Translations under genes and position numbers: made by a program | Shown: positions 29,845 to 38,680 of the stretch, in pieces | How the letters are laid out: the number at the start of each line of letters is the position of its first letter | Numbering within the stretch: the first letter of the stretch is position 1 | The notes under the pieces: generated by a model | The model's database searches: none | Told to the model about the DNA's origin: nothing | Seen by the model: only the letters and a program-made list of their open reading frames with translations | From: a bacterium | GTDB taxonomy: Bacteria; UBA8248; JACPRG01; G963555815 | Direction: 5' to 3' | DNA length: 64,000 bases | NCBI GenBank assembly: GCA_963555815.3 | Contig: CAUVWX020000001.1 | Coordinates: forward strand, 288,001 to 352,000

Positions 29845-30402
29845 TCAGCGCACAGTGATCGTCCCGAGACCCGCGTCAGCCCCGTCCCCCCCCGTCAGGG
29901 CCCCTGAGATAAAGTAGCGGTAGTCGCCGGGCTGGAGGCAGGCGAGGGAGGCGACCGCCCCTGGCGGATAGGTATTTGAGGTGTAGGTGCCGTCCGGCGC
30001 TAGGAAAAACCGGGTGGGGGCCTGGCATCGCACCGCCACATCACTCCCTTGCGAGAAGACAACGGTGACGTGTCCCTGGGTCCCATTCAGCCAGATGACA
30101 GTGGTGCCGGCACTGATGCTCAGCTCGGGCGGAAAGACCCCTCTCGGCTCAATCCGAACGATGATCGATTTGCCAAATCCAGGCGCCTCGAGAGGCTGGG
30201 CGAAGAGGCCCTGCGACCCAAACACCAGGATGACGAGCAGGCATATCCCCGACATGGCCCAAAGAGGCGACCGGCTCTTGAGATTTATGTCCAGGCGTCT
30301 CGACCAGAAAGCCCGCATCCCCTTGAGGGAACCACGGAGGGTGCCTTTTGGTTCTGCGGATTCCCTTTTCATGAACGTGACCATCGCTCCTCGCCATCCC
30401 AT
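29845..30402 (-). CDS. Exported cupredoxin-fold-like protein (start uncertain)
   Basis: P-EL-I-AGTTVIW-N, PG-Y-Y and GTITV pattern after a hydrophobic segment. Canonical Cu ligands are incomplete. Confidence 0.55.
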   Translation of the reverse strand: MGWRGAMVTFMKRESAEPKGTLRGSLKGMRAFWSRRLDINLKSRSPLWAMSGICLLVILVFGSQGLFAQPLEAPGFGKSIIVRIEPRGVFPPELSISAGTTVIWLNGTQGHVTVVFSQGSDVAVRCQAPTRFFLAPDGTYTSNTYPPGAVASLACLQPGDYRYFISGALTGGDGADAGLGTITVR

Positions 30403-31685
30403 GTAGATCCCCAGAGGGGACGAAGGCAGACCTCCTCCCCCCGGTCCGGACCGGTCGAGACCAAGACAAGCTCGACCCCGAGACCTTCTACGATCACATC
30501 CAGATAGCGCTTGGCCCGGCCCGGGAGGTCCTCAAACCGGTTCGTCCCCAACGTGCTGCGCTTCCAGCCGGGAAACTCCTGGTAGATGGGCTCAGCCTCA
30601 GTCCAGACCGCCGGCTCCTCCGGCAGATGACGGAGGGTCTTCCCCCGCCATCGATAGGCCTCACAGACCTTCACCGTCTCGAAGGAGTCTAGGGCGTCTA
30701 GCTTTGTGATGGCAAGGCCGTCCACGCCATTGACCCAGATCGCATGGCGAAGGGCCACGAGGTCGATCCAGCCACACCTCCTGGGCCGCCCTGTGGTGGC
30801 CCCGTACTCCTTGCCCCGCTCCCGCATCTCCTCCCCAAGAGGCCCTGAGACCTCCGTGGGGAAGGGGCCCGAGCCGACCCGGGTGGTATAAGCCTTGACC
30901 ACGCTCAGGACCCGGTTGATCTGGCTGGACGGAAGCCCGAGGCTCGTCACAGCCCCCCCTGAGACCGTGTGAGACGAAGTCACGTAGGGATAAGTGCCGT
31001 GATCGACGTCAAGGAGGGTGCCCTGGGCCCCCTCCAGGAGAATGGCTGAACCTCGCTGACAGCCCTCCCGAAGCTCTGTCTCCACATCGGCCAAGAAGGG
31101 ACGAAGGCGCTGGCCAAATTCAACGTAGGCATTGAAAATCTCCTCAAAGGACGCATCATCGCCCGTCAGGCCATGGCCCCTTTTGAGGCGAAAGCAGAGG
31201 GAGAGGCGCTCTTTGAAGAGGGGCGGATCGAGGAGGTCGAAAACCCGGATGCCGATCCGGGCTGCCCGGTCAGCATAGGCAGGGCCAATGCCGCGGCCCG
31301 TGGTTCCGATCCGGTCTCCACCTCGGGCGGCTTCAATGAAGGCCTCCTCGGCGCGATGGTAGGGCAGGATCACATGGGCCTTCCCACTTAGCCCCAGGTG
31401 CGAGCTCACCTCGATCCCTGCGGCCTGAAGATCAGCCACCTCCTGAAAGAAGCTGTCCGGGTCCAGGACGACACCCGGGCCGATCAGGCATCGAGCCTGC
31501 TTGTGAAGGATGCCAGAGGGAATGAGATGGAGGACAAGAGGGCAACCTTTCCGAGAAATAGTGTGCCCTGCGTTCGCCCCCCCCTGAAAGCGTACCACCA
31601 GGTCAGCACCCTCGGAGAAGAGGTCGACAATCTTGCCCTTTCCTTCATCCCCCCACTGGGCGCCGACGATGGCCACGACGGGCAT
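30369..31685 (-). CDS. purA: Adenylosuccinate synthetase
   Basis: GAQWGDEGKGK, GTTGRGIGP, EGAQG and GATTGRPRRCGW motifs. Real start is MPVV at 31685. Confidence 0.97.
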   Translation of the reverse strand: MPVVAIVGAQWGDEGKGKIVDLFSEGADLVVRFQGGANAGHTISRKGCPLVLHLIPSGILHKQARCLIGPGVVLDPDSFFQEVADLQAAGIEVSSHLGLSGKAHVILPYHRAEEAFIEAARGGDRIGTTGRGIGPAYADRAARIGIRVFDLLDPPLFKERLSLCFRLKRGHGLTGDDASFEEIFNAYVEFGQRLRPFLADVETELREGCQRGSAILLEGAQGTLLDVDHGTYPYVTSSHTVSGGAVTSLGLPSSQINRVLSVVKAYTTRVGSGPFPTEVSGPLGEEMRERGKEYGATTGRPRRCGWIDLVALRHAIWVNGVDGLAITKLDALDSFETVKVCEAYRWRGKTLRHLPEEPAVWTEAEPIYQEFPGWKRSTLGTNRFEDLPGRAKRYLDVIVEGLGVELVLVSTGPDRGEEVCLRPLWGSTWDGEERWSRS

Positions 31686-33054
31686 GGCGCTTCTCCATCC
31701 GGCGAAGCTCCGCCAAAAGAAGGGGCGGCTTGGTGACAACGTCCTGGTCGAGGACCAGGTCTCGAAGCAAGATGCAGCCAGTTGGGACACTTCGGTGGCC
31801 GAGAAGGAGGGCGAAGGAGGTCCCCGTCTCGCGAGCGTATTGAAGGGAGTCGGCGAGATCCCTTCGGATGATGTCCCGGGCCACCCGATAACCCTTCTCC
31901 CGCAGGTTCCTCGCAAGGGCGAGGGCGCGCCTCTTGTCCTTGGAGAAATCTATCAGGATGACCTCAGGGGCATCGACAGCCTCATCGGCCCCTTTTCCCC
32001 CCTGGGCCTCGAGCATCTCAAGAAGCCCTCCCACGTCGATGGCGAACCCAGTGGCGTGAGAGGGAACCCCAAACTGTCCCATGAGGTCATCATAGCGACC
32101 CCCACTCAAGATAGGAAAGCCGGCGAGTCGAGAAAAGGCCTCAAGGACCGGACCGGTATAGTAGTCAAATCCTCGAAGCTCGCTGAGGTCGAAGGCCACG
32201 TCCCCCTCAGCCCCGTAGACGCGTAGCATCTCATAGATGGTTCGAAGGTCAAGGAGTGCCTTTTTGGGGCCTTTTAGGCCCGTTCCTGGCATCAGGGAGG
32301 CGGCCCGGTCTAGGACCTCCAGGCCTCCTACCAGGTCAGGAAGAGCGAGGACGAGTCCTTTCATCTTCCTGGGGAGGCGGAGCCCGTTCCCCAGGGCCTC
32401 AAGACCCGAGAGATCCTTTCTTGCCAGGGCGGAGCAAAGCTCTTCCGTCCAGTCCTCGCTGACCCCACAATCCTTAAACGCGGCCAGAACCCCTCTCAAA
32501 AACCCCATGTGGCTCAAGGCCACCTTGAAATCTGAAATCCCCGAAACTCGAAGAGATTCCACAGCGATGGCGATGGTCTCGACGTCCGCCTCCAAGGAAT
32601 TCAGGCCGATGAGCTCGACCCCCGCCTGATGGAACTCCTGCTGGAGGCGCCCCCGAGCTCGGACATATCGGTAGACCCTGCCCGCATAACAAAGGCGGAG
32701 GGGCCTCGGACGGCCTCGAAGGGTCGTGGCGGCCAGGTAGGCGATCTGGGGTGTGATGTCTGAACGAAGGGCGAGGAGCTGCCCCGTATCCCGGTCGACA
32801 AGCTTGAAAAGGTCATCCAGGGCCTGGCGCCCAATGCCCCTGGAGAGGGTGTCGTAGTAGTCCAGCGTCGGGGTCAGGACCTCCTGGAACCCCCACTGGC
32901 GAAATACGGAGAGGAGCCGCTCCTCCATTTGCCTTTTTCGGGCGGCCTCGGAGGGCAGAAAAAGGCGAGCCCCTCGAAGGGGCCGCACCCGCTGGGGAAC
33001 CTCTCGCGCCTTCGGCACCGCGCGAGTGCTTGTGACATCGCTCCTCGCCATCAT
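31645..33054 (-). CDS. hisZ: ATP phosphoribosyltransferase regulatory subunit
   Basis: HisRS-like: LRSDITPQIA, RLCYAG, QAGVELIG, YYTG and GGRYDDL. Classic hisZ-purA adjacency. Confidence 0.9.
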   Translation of the reverse strand: MMARSDVTSTRAVPKAREVPQRVRPLRGARLFLPSEAARKRQMEERLLSVFRQWGFQEVLTPTLDYYDTLSRGIGRQALDDLFKLVDRDTGQLLALRSDITPQIAYLAATTLRGRPRPLRLCYAGRVYRYVRARGRLQQEFHQAGVELIGLNSLEADVETIAIAVESLRVSGISDFKVALSHMGFLRGVLAAFKDCGVSEDWTEELCSALARKDLSGLEALGNGLRLPRKMKGLVLALPDLVGGLEVLDRAASLMPGTGLKGPKKALLDLRTIYEMLRVYGAEGDVAFDLSELRGFDYYTGPVLEAFSRLAGFPILSGGRYDDLMGQFGVPSHATGFAIDVGGLLEMLEAQGGKGADEAVDAPEVILIDFSKDKRRALALARNLREKGYRVARDIIRRDLADSLQYARETGTSFALLLGHRSVPTGCILLRDLVLDQDVVTKPPLLLAELRRMEKRHARRGHRRRPVGG

Positions 33055-33184
33055 AGCCAGACTATCTCCCAGGAATTCCCCTTTCCAACGGCGAGCAGGG
33101 ACAGCCAAACAGGACTGCATTCACTCTAGGGCCCAAAGGGCCTGGCGTCAATTGAAAGCGCTTTCAGGGAGAAACTTTTGCCCC

Positions 33185-34846
33185 TCAGCTGGGGACAAGA
33201 ACCATGACATCATGCTTCCCATAGCGGAAGTGCTCATCGAAAGGCTTTAGGCGTTGGCGGATGTCCTCTGGAAGATCCTCATACCTCCGCCGCGTCATCA
33301 CCACGAGGATCGGCGTCTCCGACTCCAACAACCTTCGCAGATCCAGTGGGCCGTGGTGGTAAATGACCTCCGCCCCCTGCGGGCCCCCGAAGAATTCTAT
33401 AGAGGGTTTAGAGAAGCGATAGGCGACGATCGGCCGGCCCGAAGCGACCTGCGCGAGGCGGGTCGCGGACACCACTGTGCTCCTCGGCGCAACGAACGGC
33501 GGAAAGGTCCATTGGGAGGCGGTCACAGTCAGCCCCACCAATCCAGCGACGAAGAGGCCAAAGGCCTCAGGCCATCTAGCGAGCCTCGACTGCCAGAAGG
33601 CCAGTGCTCCCGTCACCGCCCCCACCCCCAGAAGGGGCAGAACTGCGCCCGCGTACTCAGGAAACCTCCACAGGGCCACCCCAGAACCGCCCAAGGAGAT
33701 GAGAGTTACAAGGACCATGCAAGTCGTGAAGAACCGTGAGACGAACCGATGCCATCCACCTCGCAATGCAAACAGTTGCTCATCGATGAGCGCCGCTAAA
33801 AGGAGGGACGCCGCCGGGTAGAGAGGCAGGAGGAAGTGGCTCCGTTTGGACGAAGAAACGGTGAAAAATATGAAGACAACGACGACCCAGAGACTTGAGA
33901 AGGACATCGCAGGCCGGCGGAATTGCAAGAATCCATAGACCAGACTCGGGATAAGGGCAATGCTCCAGGGCAGAAAATTGAGAAAGAGGCTGGGGAAGTA
34001 GTACCAAACGGGCCTGATGTGATCATAACCTGCGAGGTAGCGGAGGACGTTCTCACGCCAGAGCGCTTCCCAGACCGTGCCCTGGCCGACCGCGCTGGCG
34101 AAGAGGACATACCAGGGCACAGCCACCACCCCGAATAGGGCGAGCCCGGCCAGATGAACCCACCCAGGCACCTTCCTCCAGGTTCGGGTCACCGCCAGAT
34201 AGATGGATACGATCATAAGGGGGAGGAGGAGCCCCACGGGCCCTTTCGTGAGGACGGCCAGGGCTGACGCTGCGTAGGCCCCCAGAAACCCCCCAATCGC
34301 CCATCCCCTCGACCCCTGAAGCGCCGCCACCGCCATGGCGACCGCCAGTAGGACAAAAAAGGTCAGCAACATATCAGACTGAGCCAGACGGGAGTTTCGA
34401 AAAACCTGGTAGCTGGTGCAAAAGAGAAGAGCCGCAAGGAGTCCCGTCCGGGGTCTAAAGAGCTGTCGCCCCAGCCAAAGGGTTAAGAGGGCTGTCCCCA
34501 GCCCCGCTAGGGCCGACGGGAGCCTGGCAGCCAGCGTCCCCACACCTCCCAAAAACCAGCCTGCATAGGCGATGGCCCACATGAGGAGAGGGGGCTTGTT
34601 GGTGTAGGGAAGGCCGGCCCAGGTGGCGTAGAGAAAGTTTCCCGACCCCAGCATCTGCCGGCCGAAGAGGGCGAATCGGGTCTCGTCATTGTCGGCAAGG
34701 TCCTGGGCAGTGAGCCCAAAAAAGAAGACCAGTCCGGCGACAAGGAGGACGAGGATGACCTGAAGCCACACCCTGTCCAGGGGGTGGGATTCTTCCCTTG
34801 AGATTTCTACGCTAATCACGTGCCGTCCAGAACATGGTAGAAACAA
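33185..34846 (-). CDS. ArnT/PMT-family (GT83) membrane glycosyltransferase
   Basis: DETRF, KPPL, ARLPSA, LTKGP, PWY and K...LLP motifs in a multi-TM protein. Confidence 0.88.
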   Translation of the reverse strand: MFLPCSGRHVISVEISREESHPLDRVWLQVILVLLVAGLVFFFGLTAQDLADNDETRFALFGRQMLGSGNFLYATWAGLPYTNKPPLLMWAIAYAGWFLGGVGTLAARLPSALAGLGTALLTLWLGRQLFRPRTGLLAALLFCTSYQVFRNSRLAQSDMLLTFFVLLAVAMAVAALQGSRGWAIGGFLGAYAASALAVLTKGPVGLLLPLMIVSIYLAVTRTWRKVPGWVHLAGLALFGVVAVPWYVLFASAVGQGTVWEALWRENVLRYLAGYDHIRPVWYYFPSLFLNFLPWSIALIPSLVYGFLQFRRPAMSFSSLWVVVVFIFFTVSSSKRSHFLLPLYPAASLLLAALIDEQLFALRGGWHRFVSRFFTTCMVLVTLISLGGSGVALWRFPEYAGAVLPLLGVGAVTGALAFWQSRLARWPEAFGLFVAGLVGLTVTASQWTFPPFVAPRSTVVSATRLAQVASGRPIVAYRFSKPSIEFFGGPQGAEVIYHHGPLDLRRLLESETPILVVMTRRRYEDLPEDIRQRLKPFDEHFRYGKHDVMVLVPS

Positions 34847-35017
34847 AACCCCTTCGAATGCTGGGAACGGAGGCCTCTACCCAGGGCATGGGCTTCCCAG
34901 CCTGGATGTGCTCCCAGGGACGTTGATTTTAGCCTGGAGGCCTGCCCAAGGCAAAAAAGCCCGAAAGCGACGCATGTCTCACCCCGGGCGGCCTTCTCGG
35001 TCCCAGCGGCTAAACGC

Positions 35018-36517
35018 CTAGAAGAACCACTGCATCATGAAGATGGCCTGCCAGCTGTCGTCGTTAGAGTTGACACGGCGGTTCGACCCGCCAGCCACCT
35101 GGTCCTGCTCATCCACTCTGTTCCGAAGCCTTCCGTAATCCCCCGCCGCTAAGTAGTCGAACCCCCCCTGGAGCGTGAAGCCCCGATAGGGGGTCCAGGC
35201 GAGGTTCAGATCGATCTCGGTCCCGACGTAGGTGTCTCAAACAAAGGGGCTTGCGCCGTCTGACGTGAGGTCCGGCCTGGCGTGTTGTGACCAGATGAAC
35301 CCGAGCGTTGTGTTGAAGACGACGTCCTTGATCGGCCTCAGGGCGAAGTCCAGGGCGAAGGTCCGGTTCCCGTTCCCTCGGGCGTAGCGGCTCCCGGTCC
35401 CCCCCGTGTTGCCGCCCAGGTTTAGGCTGCCAGCGAGGACGCCTTCGTTATACTTGGCTCCAAACCATAGGTCCGCCGGCGCCTCGCTATAGACATCGCA
35501 CCCCGCGCCCCCGCTATCCGTCGTCTGGCACCCAATGCCGTAGAACTGGTTCTGGGTGCTGTCCTCCTGGTCTTTATCGCCTGAGACATCGATAAAGTGG
35601 GCCGCAACGTTCGCGGGCCCGAACGTCACCCCACCCGTCAACCAGATGACCCACGCGTTGACGTTCTGGTCTCTGTTGAGACGGCTTTTACCCGTGTCGA
35701 TGCTCGTGGCGGCTTCCCCGGCCGCGTTGTATTCCCAGTCCCCCGTCTGGTAGATGAAATCGAAGGCTGAGTGGAAGCGTCCGTAGCGGCCTCTCAGGGA
35801 GAGCCCGGTCCAGAAGTCCCGGAAGTTCGCGCCGGTCGTCTCACCCCGGTTTTTGAACTGGAGCACCTCATAGAGGGTGATGCTAACGTTTCTCAGACTG
35901 GAATACGTGCCTCGGACTATATAGACGTCGTCATCGTCAGCGTCGCCGATATCATTTTCAAACCGCTTGAGCCACTCGAACCGAAGATCGACCGGCCCGG
36001 CCTTCCCAAAGACCTGGATTCCAGTCTCTCGAAGGCTAGGGAAGCGCCCGACGATCCCCCGGGGCAGGATGAAGTCGTTCTGCCCAGCCCTGACAAACCA
36101 CGGACCTGGGAGGAAGGGGACCTTGAACTGAAGCCAGTAGAGAACGGAGTTGGCTTCCGTCGGCCCGAATCCCTTGACTTCGGAGGGCTGAATCTGTGTC
36201 GTTCCGAAATATGCGCCGCCGCCGCCGAGGATCTGATTAAAGACAGAAAATTCGAGCTGGACGAGCCCCTGGACATCGTCATCCTGTCTTCCGACGAAGG
36301 TCGACCGGAAGACTGAGTCGAGAAACCGCCAGTTGTCCCGGGACTGCTTTCCCGTGTCATCCTTGGCTCTAACTGCATCGAGGCGGTCCTGGTTATTCCC
36401 CGCGATGGCCCGGACTCGGTGCCAGCCTCCATAGGAAAAGTCCACCGCCAGGACTGGCGAAGCCAGCACCGCCACCACCGCCAGCGCCCCTGCAACCCTG
36501 AAGATTCTTCCCACCAC
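35018..36517 (-). pseudogene. Outer-membrane porin paralog interrupted by one in-frame TGA
   Basis: Aligns with the 36692..38227 porin. PFV*DTYVGTEIDL (TGA at 35237-39) corresponds to PFVRDTYIGSEIDL. The frame continues to MQWFF-TAG at 35018. Confidence 0.85.
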
Positions 36518-36610
36518 ACTGGCGCCTTCGATCCGTCAGACAGATCCCCAGTGCCGCGGACTCTCGACCTATACACCGCAAGCTTACTTCCCTGGAAGTC
36601 GAGTTGAGAC

Positions 36611-36653
36611 AAAAAAAGGCCCGGGGCGAAATCCATTTCGCCCCGGGCCTTTT
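36611..36653. terminator. Rho-independent terminator after the intact porin
   Basis: AAAAGGCCCGGGGCGAAAT...ATTTCGCCCCGGGCCTTTT with a 7-nt U-tract on the minus strand. Confidence 0.9.
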
Positions 36654-36691
36654 GGCTTAAGCAGCCCTTCTGGCCGCCGTCAAGTCAGATC

Positions 36692-38227
36692 CTAGAAGAA
36701 CCACTGCATCGTGAACATGGCCTGCCAGGAATCGTCGTTGGCGTTTGTCATACGCGTACCTCCCCCCACTATACCAGGGAGGGGGCTTGCGCCGGTCACC
36801 TGCGACTGGCCGGGGATCTTGGTTCGGAGGATCCCGTAATCGCCAGCAGCCAGGTACTGAATATCGCCCTCGAGCAAGAAGCCCGGATAGAGAGTCCAGG
36901 CAACGTTTAGGTCGATTTCACTACCGATATAGGTGTCCCGAACGAAGGGGTTTGTGCCAGCTGCCGAAAGGTCCGGCCTGGCGTGCTGTGACCATATGAA
37001 CCCGAGCGTCCCGTTTAAGGTAACGTCCCGCATCACCTTCACAGAGGAGTCAAAGGCGAAGACACGGTTCCCGTTTCCACGGGAGTACCGGCCGCCAGCA
37101 CCACCTGTGTTACCACCCAGGTCTCGGCTACCGGACACCAAACCGCCGTTGTGGCGTCCATCCTTGTGGCCGAACCAGAGCTGCGTCGGTCCCATGACAC
37201 GGGCATCACACCCGCCGACGAAGAAGCTGTCCGACGTCTGACACCCAATGCCGTAGAACTGGTTCTGGGTGTTGTCCTCCTGGTCATTGTCACCTGAAAC
37301 CTCGAGGTACTGAGCCGTTAAGTTCACAGGGCCCAGCGTCACTCCACCCGTCAACCAGATGACCCACGCATTGACCTTCTGGTCCCGTTGCATCCGGAGT
37401 TTGCCCGTGTCGTTGCCCTGGACGGCTTCGCCAGCCGAGCCGTATTCCCAGTCCCCCGTCAGGTAGACGAAGTCCGCGGTTGCGTTGAAGCGTCCGTAGC
37501 GGCCTGAGGTGGAGAGCCCCGACCAGTAGTCCCGGAAGTTCGCGGTCGTGGTCGAGGTCCGGTTCTTGAACTGGAGCACCTCATAGATGTTGAGGCTGAC
37601 GTTTCTCAGACCGGAATACCTTGCCCGGAGCGTGTAGACGGAGTCATCGTCGGCATTTTGGACCTGACCCTCGCCACGCTTGAACGCCTCACCCCGTAGG
37701 GCCACGTCCGGTCCCACGTTCCCAAAGAGCTGGAATCCTGTCTCCTTAAAGAAAGGCAGGAAGGCGATGATTCCTTTGGGAAGGGGAATGTCATCTAACC
37801 CCGCCCTGACAAACCAGGGGCCGGGGAGGAAGGGGACTTTGAACTGGATCCAGTACAAGTTACCCATAGCATCGAACGTGCTCGTCCCTGAGCTCGGAGC
37901 CGTTCCCCCACCAAACGCGCCGTCACCGAACTGGAGTCCTCCGTTCCCCCACACATTCTGGAACTCGGGGGCCTTGATCTGAACGAACCCCTGAACGTTG
38001 TCATCCTGCCTCGCATCGAAGTTCAAGAAGAACGTCGAGTCGACATACCGTACATTGTCTCGGGCACCCACGCCTCGCGGGAGCGTATCGAGGCGGTCCT
38101 GGTTGTTAGCCGCGATGGCACGAAGTCTGTACCATCCGCCAAACGAGAAGTCAGCCGCCGAGGCCGGCGCGGCAAATACCGCCACCATCACCAGCACCAG
38201 GGCAACTCCTAAGAGCTTTTTTAGCAT
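36692..38227 (-). CDS. Major outer-membrane beta-barrel porin
   Basis: Signal peptide (APASA), alternating aromatic beta-strands, G-E-I-D strand, C-terminal QWFF, strong GGAGGT RBS. Confidence 0.85.
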   Translation of the reverse strand: MLKKLLGVALVLVMVAVFAAPASAADFSFGGWYRLRAIAANNQDRLDTLPRGVGARDNVRYVDSTFFLNFDARQDDNVQGFVQIKAPEFQNVWGNGGLQFGDGAFGGGTAPSSGTSTFDAMGNLYWIQFKVPFLPGPWFVRAGLDDIPLPKGIIAFLPFFKETGFQLFGNVGPDVALRGEAFKRGEGQVQNADDDSVYTLRARYSGLRNVSLNIYEVLQFKNRTSTTTANFRDYWSGLSTSGRYGRFNATADFVYLTGDWEYGSAGEAVQGNDTGKLRMQRDQKVNAWVIWLTGGVTLGPVNLTAQYLEVSGDNDQEDNTQNQFYGIGCQTSDSFFVGGCDARVMGPTQLWFGHKDGRHNGGLVSGSRDLGGNTGGAGGRYSRGNGNRVFAFDSSVKVMRDVTLNGTLGFIWSQHARPDLSAAGTNPFVRDTYIGSEIDLNVAWTLYPGFLLEGDIQYLAAGDYGILRTKIPGQSQVTGASPLPGIVGGGTRMTNANDDSWQAMFTMQWFF

Positions 38228-38574
38228 TTAGCACCTCCCACCGGTAGATGGATCGTCATTCATGACTGCAAAATCTCAATCCACCCCCCAAAAAAGACAA
38301 CTTCCCTCAAGGCTTCCCTCCCGGACATCACCTCCTTTTGGCCTGCCATTTTGTGAATCCTCAAAACCTGACTCCCCGGAAGGCCTAAAGCTCCCCCCCC
38401 ACCGTATTCATGCACAGGGGAACCGCCCTTCCCCTCCTGTCCTCCAGCATCCTCCCCAAACTCTACCCAACCCTGCACTGGAGGTCGTGATCCTTTAAGA
38501 CGGCCCGCCTGGCTTCCAACCACGGCCCACAGGGGCCCCCTCCTCACAAACCACTTAACTCCAGAATCTGACAA

Positions 38575-38604
38575 TTTGTAGCATCCAGGAAAATCCTTTG
38601 TCAA
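38575..38604 (-). promoter_or_regulatory. Sigma70-type promoter upstream of the porin
   Basis: TTGACA-N18-TACAAA with an extended TG on the minus strand. Confidence 0.5.
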
Positions 38605-38680
38605 GCTATTTTTTTCCTGGGTTTCCCGCCACCAGTGGGGGTTTTCTCTCTGCGTCCCGGAGGAGCTCCTCACGGGGGGC

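Noticed and set aside
31686..31916. N-terminal extensions of purA (also ispH, cytochrome c and the PIG-L gene) in the ORF track
   Set aside because: The extensions overlap neighbouring genes or RNAs. Family motifs begin at downstream starts.
35237..35239. TGA as selenocysteine in the porin
   Set aside because: The paralog has Arg at this position, not Cys, and no convincing SECIS hairpin follows. CGA->TGA is the simpler explanation.
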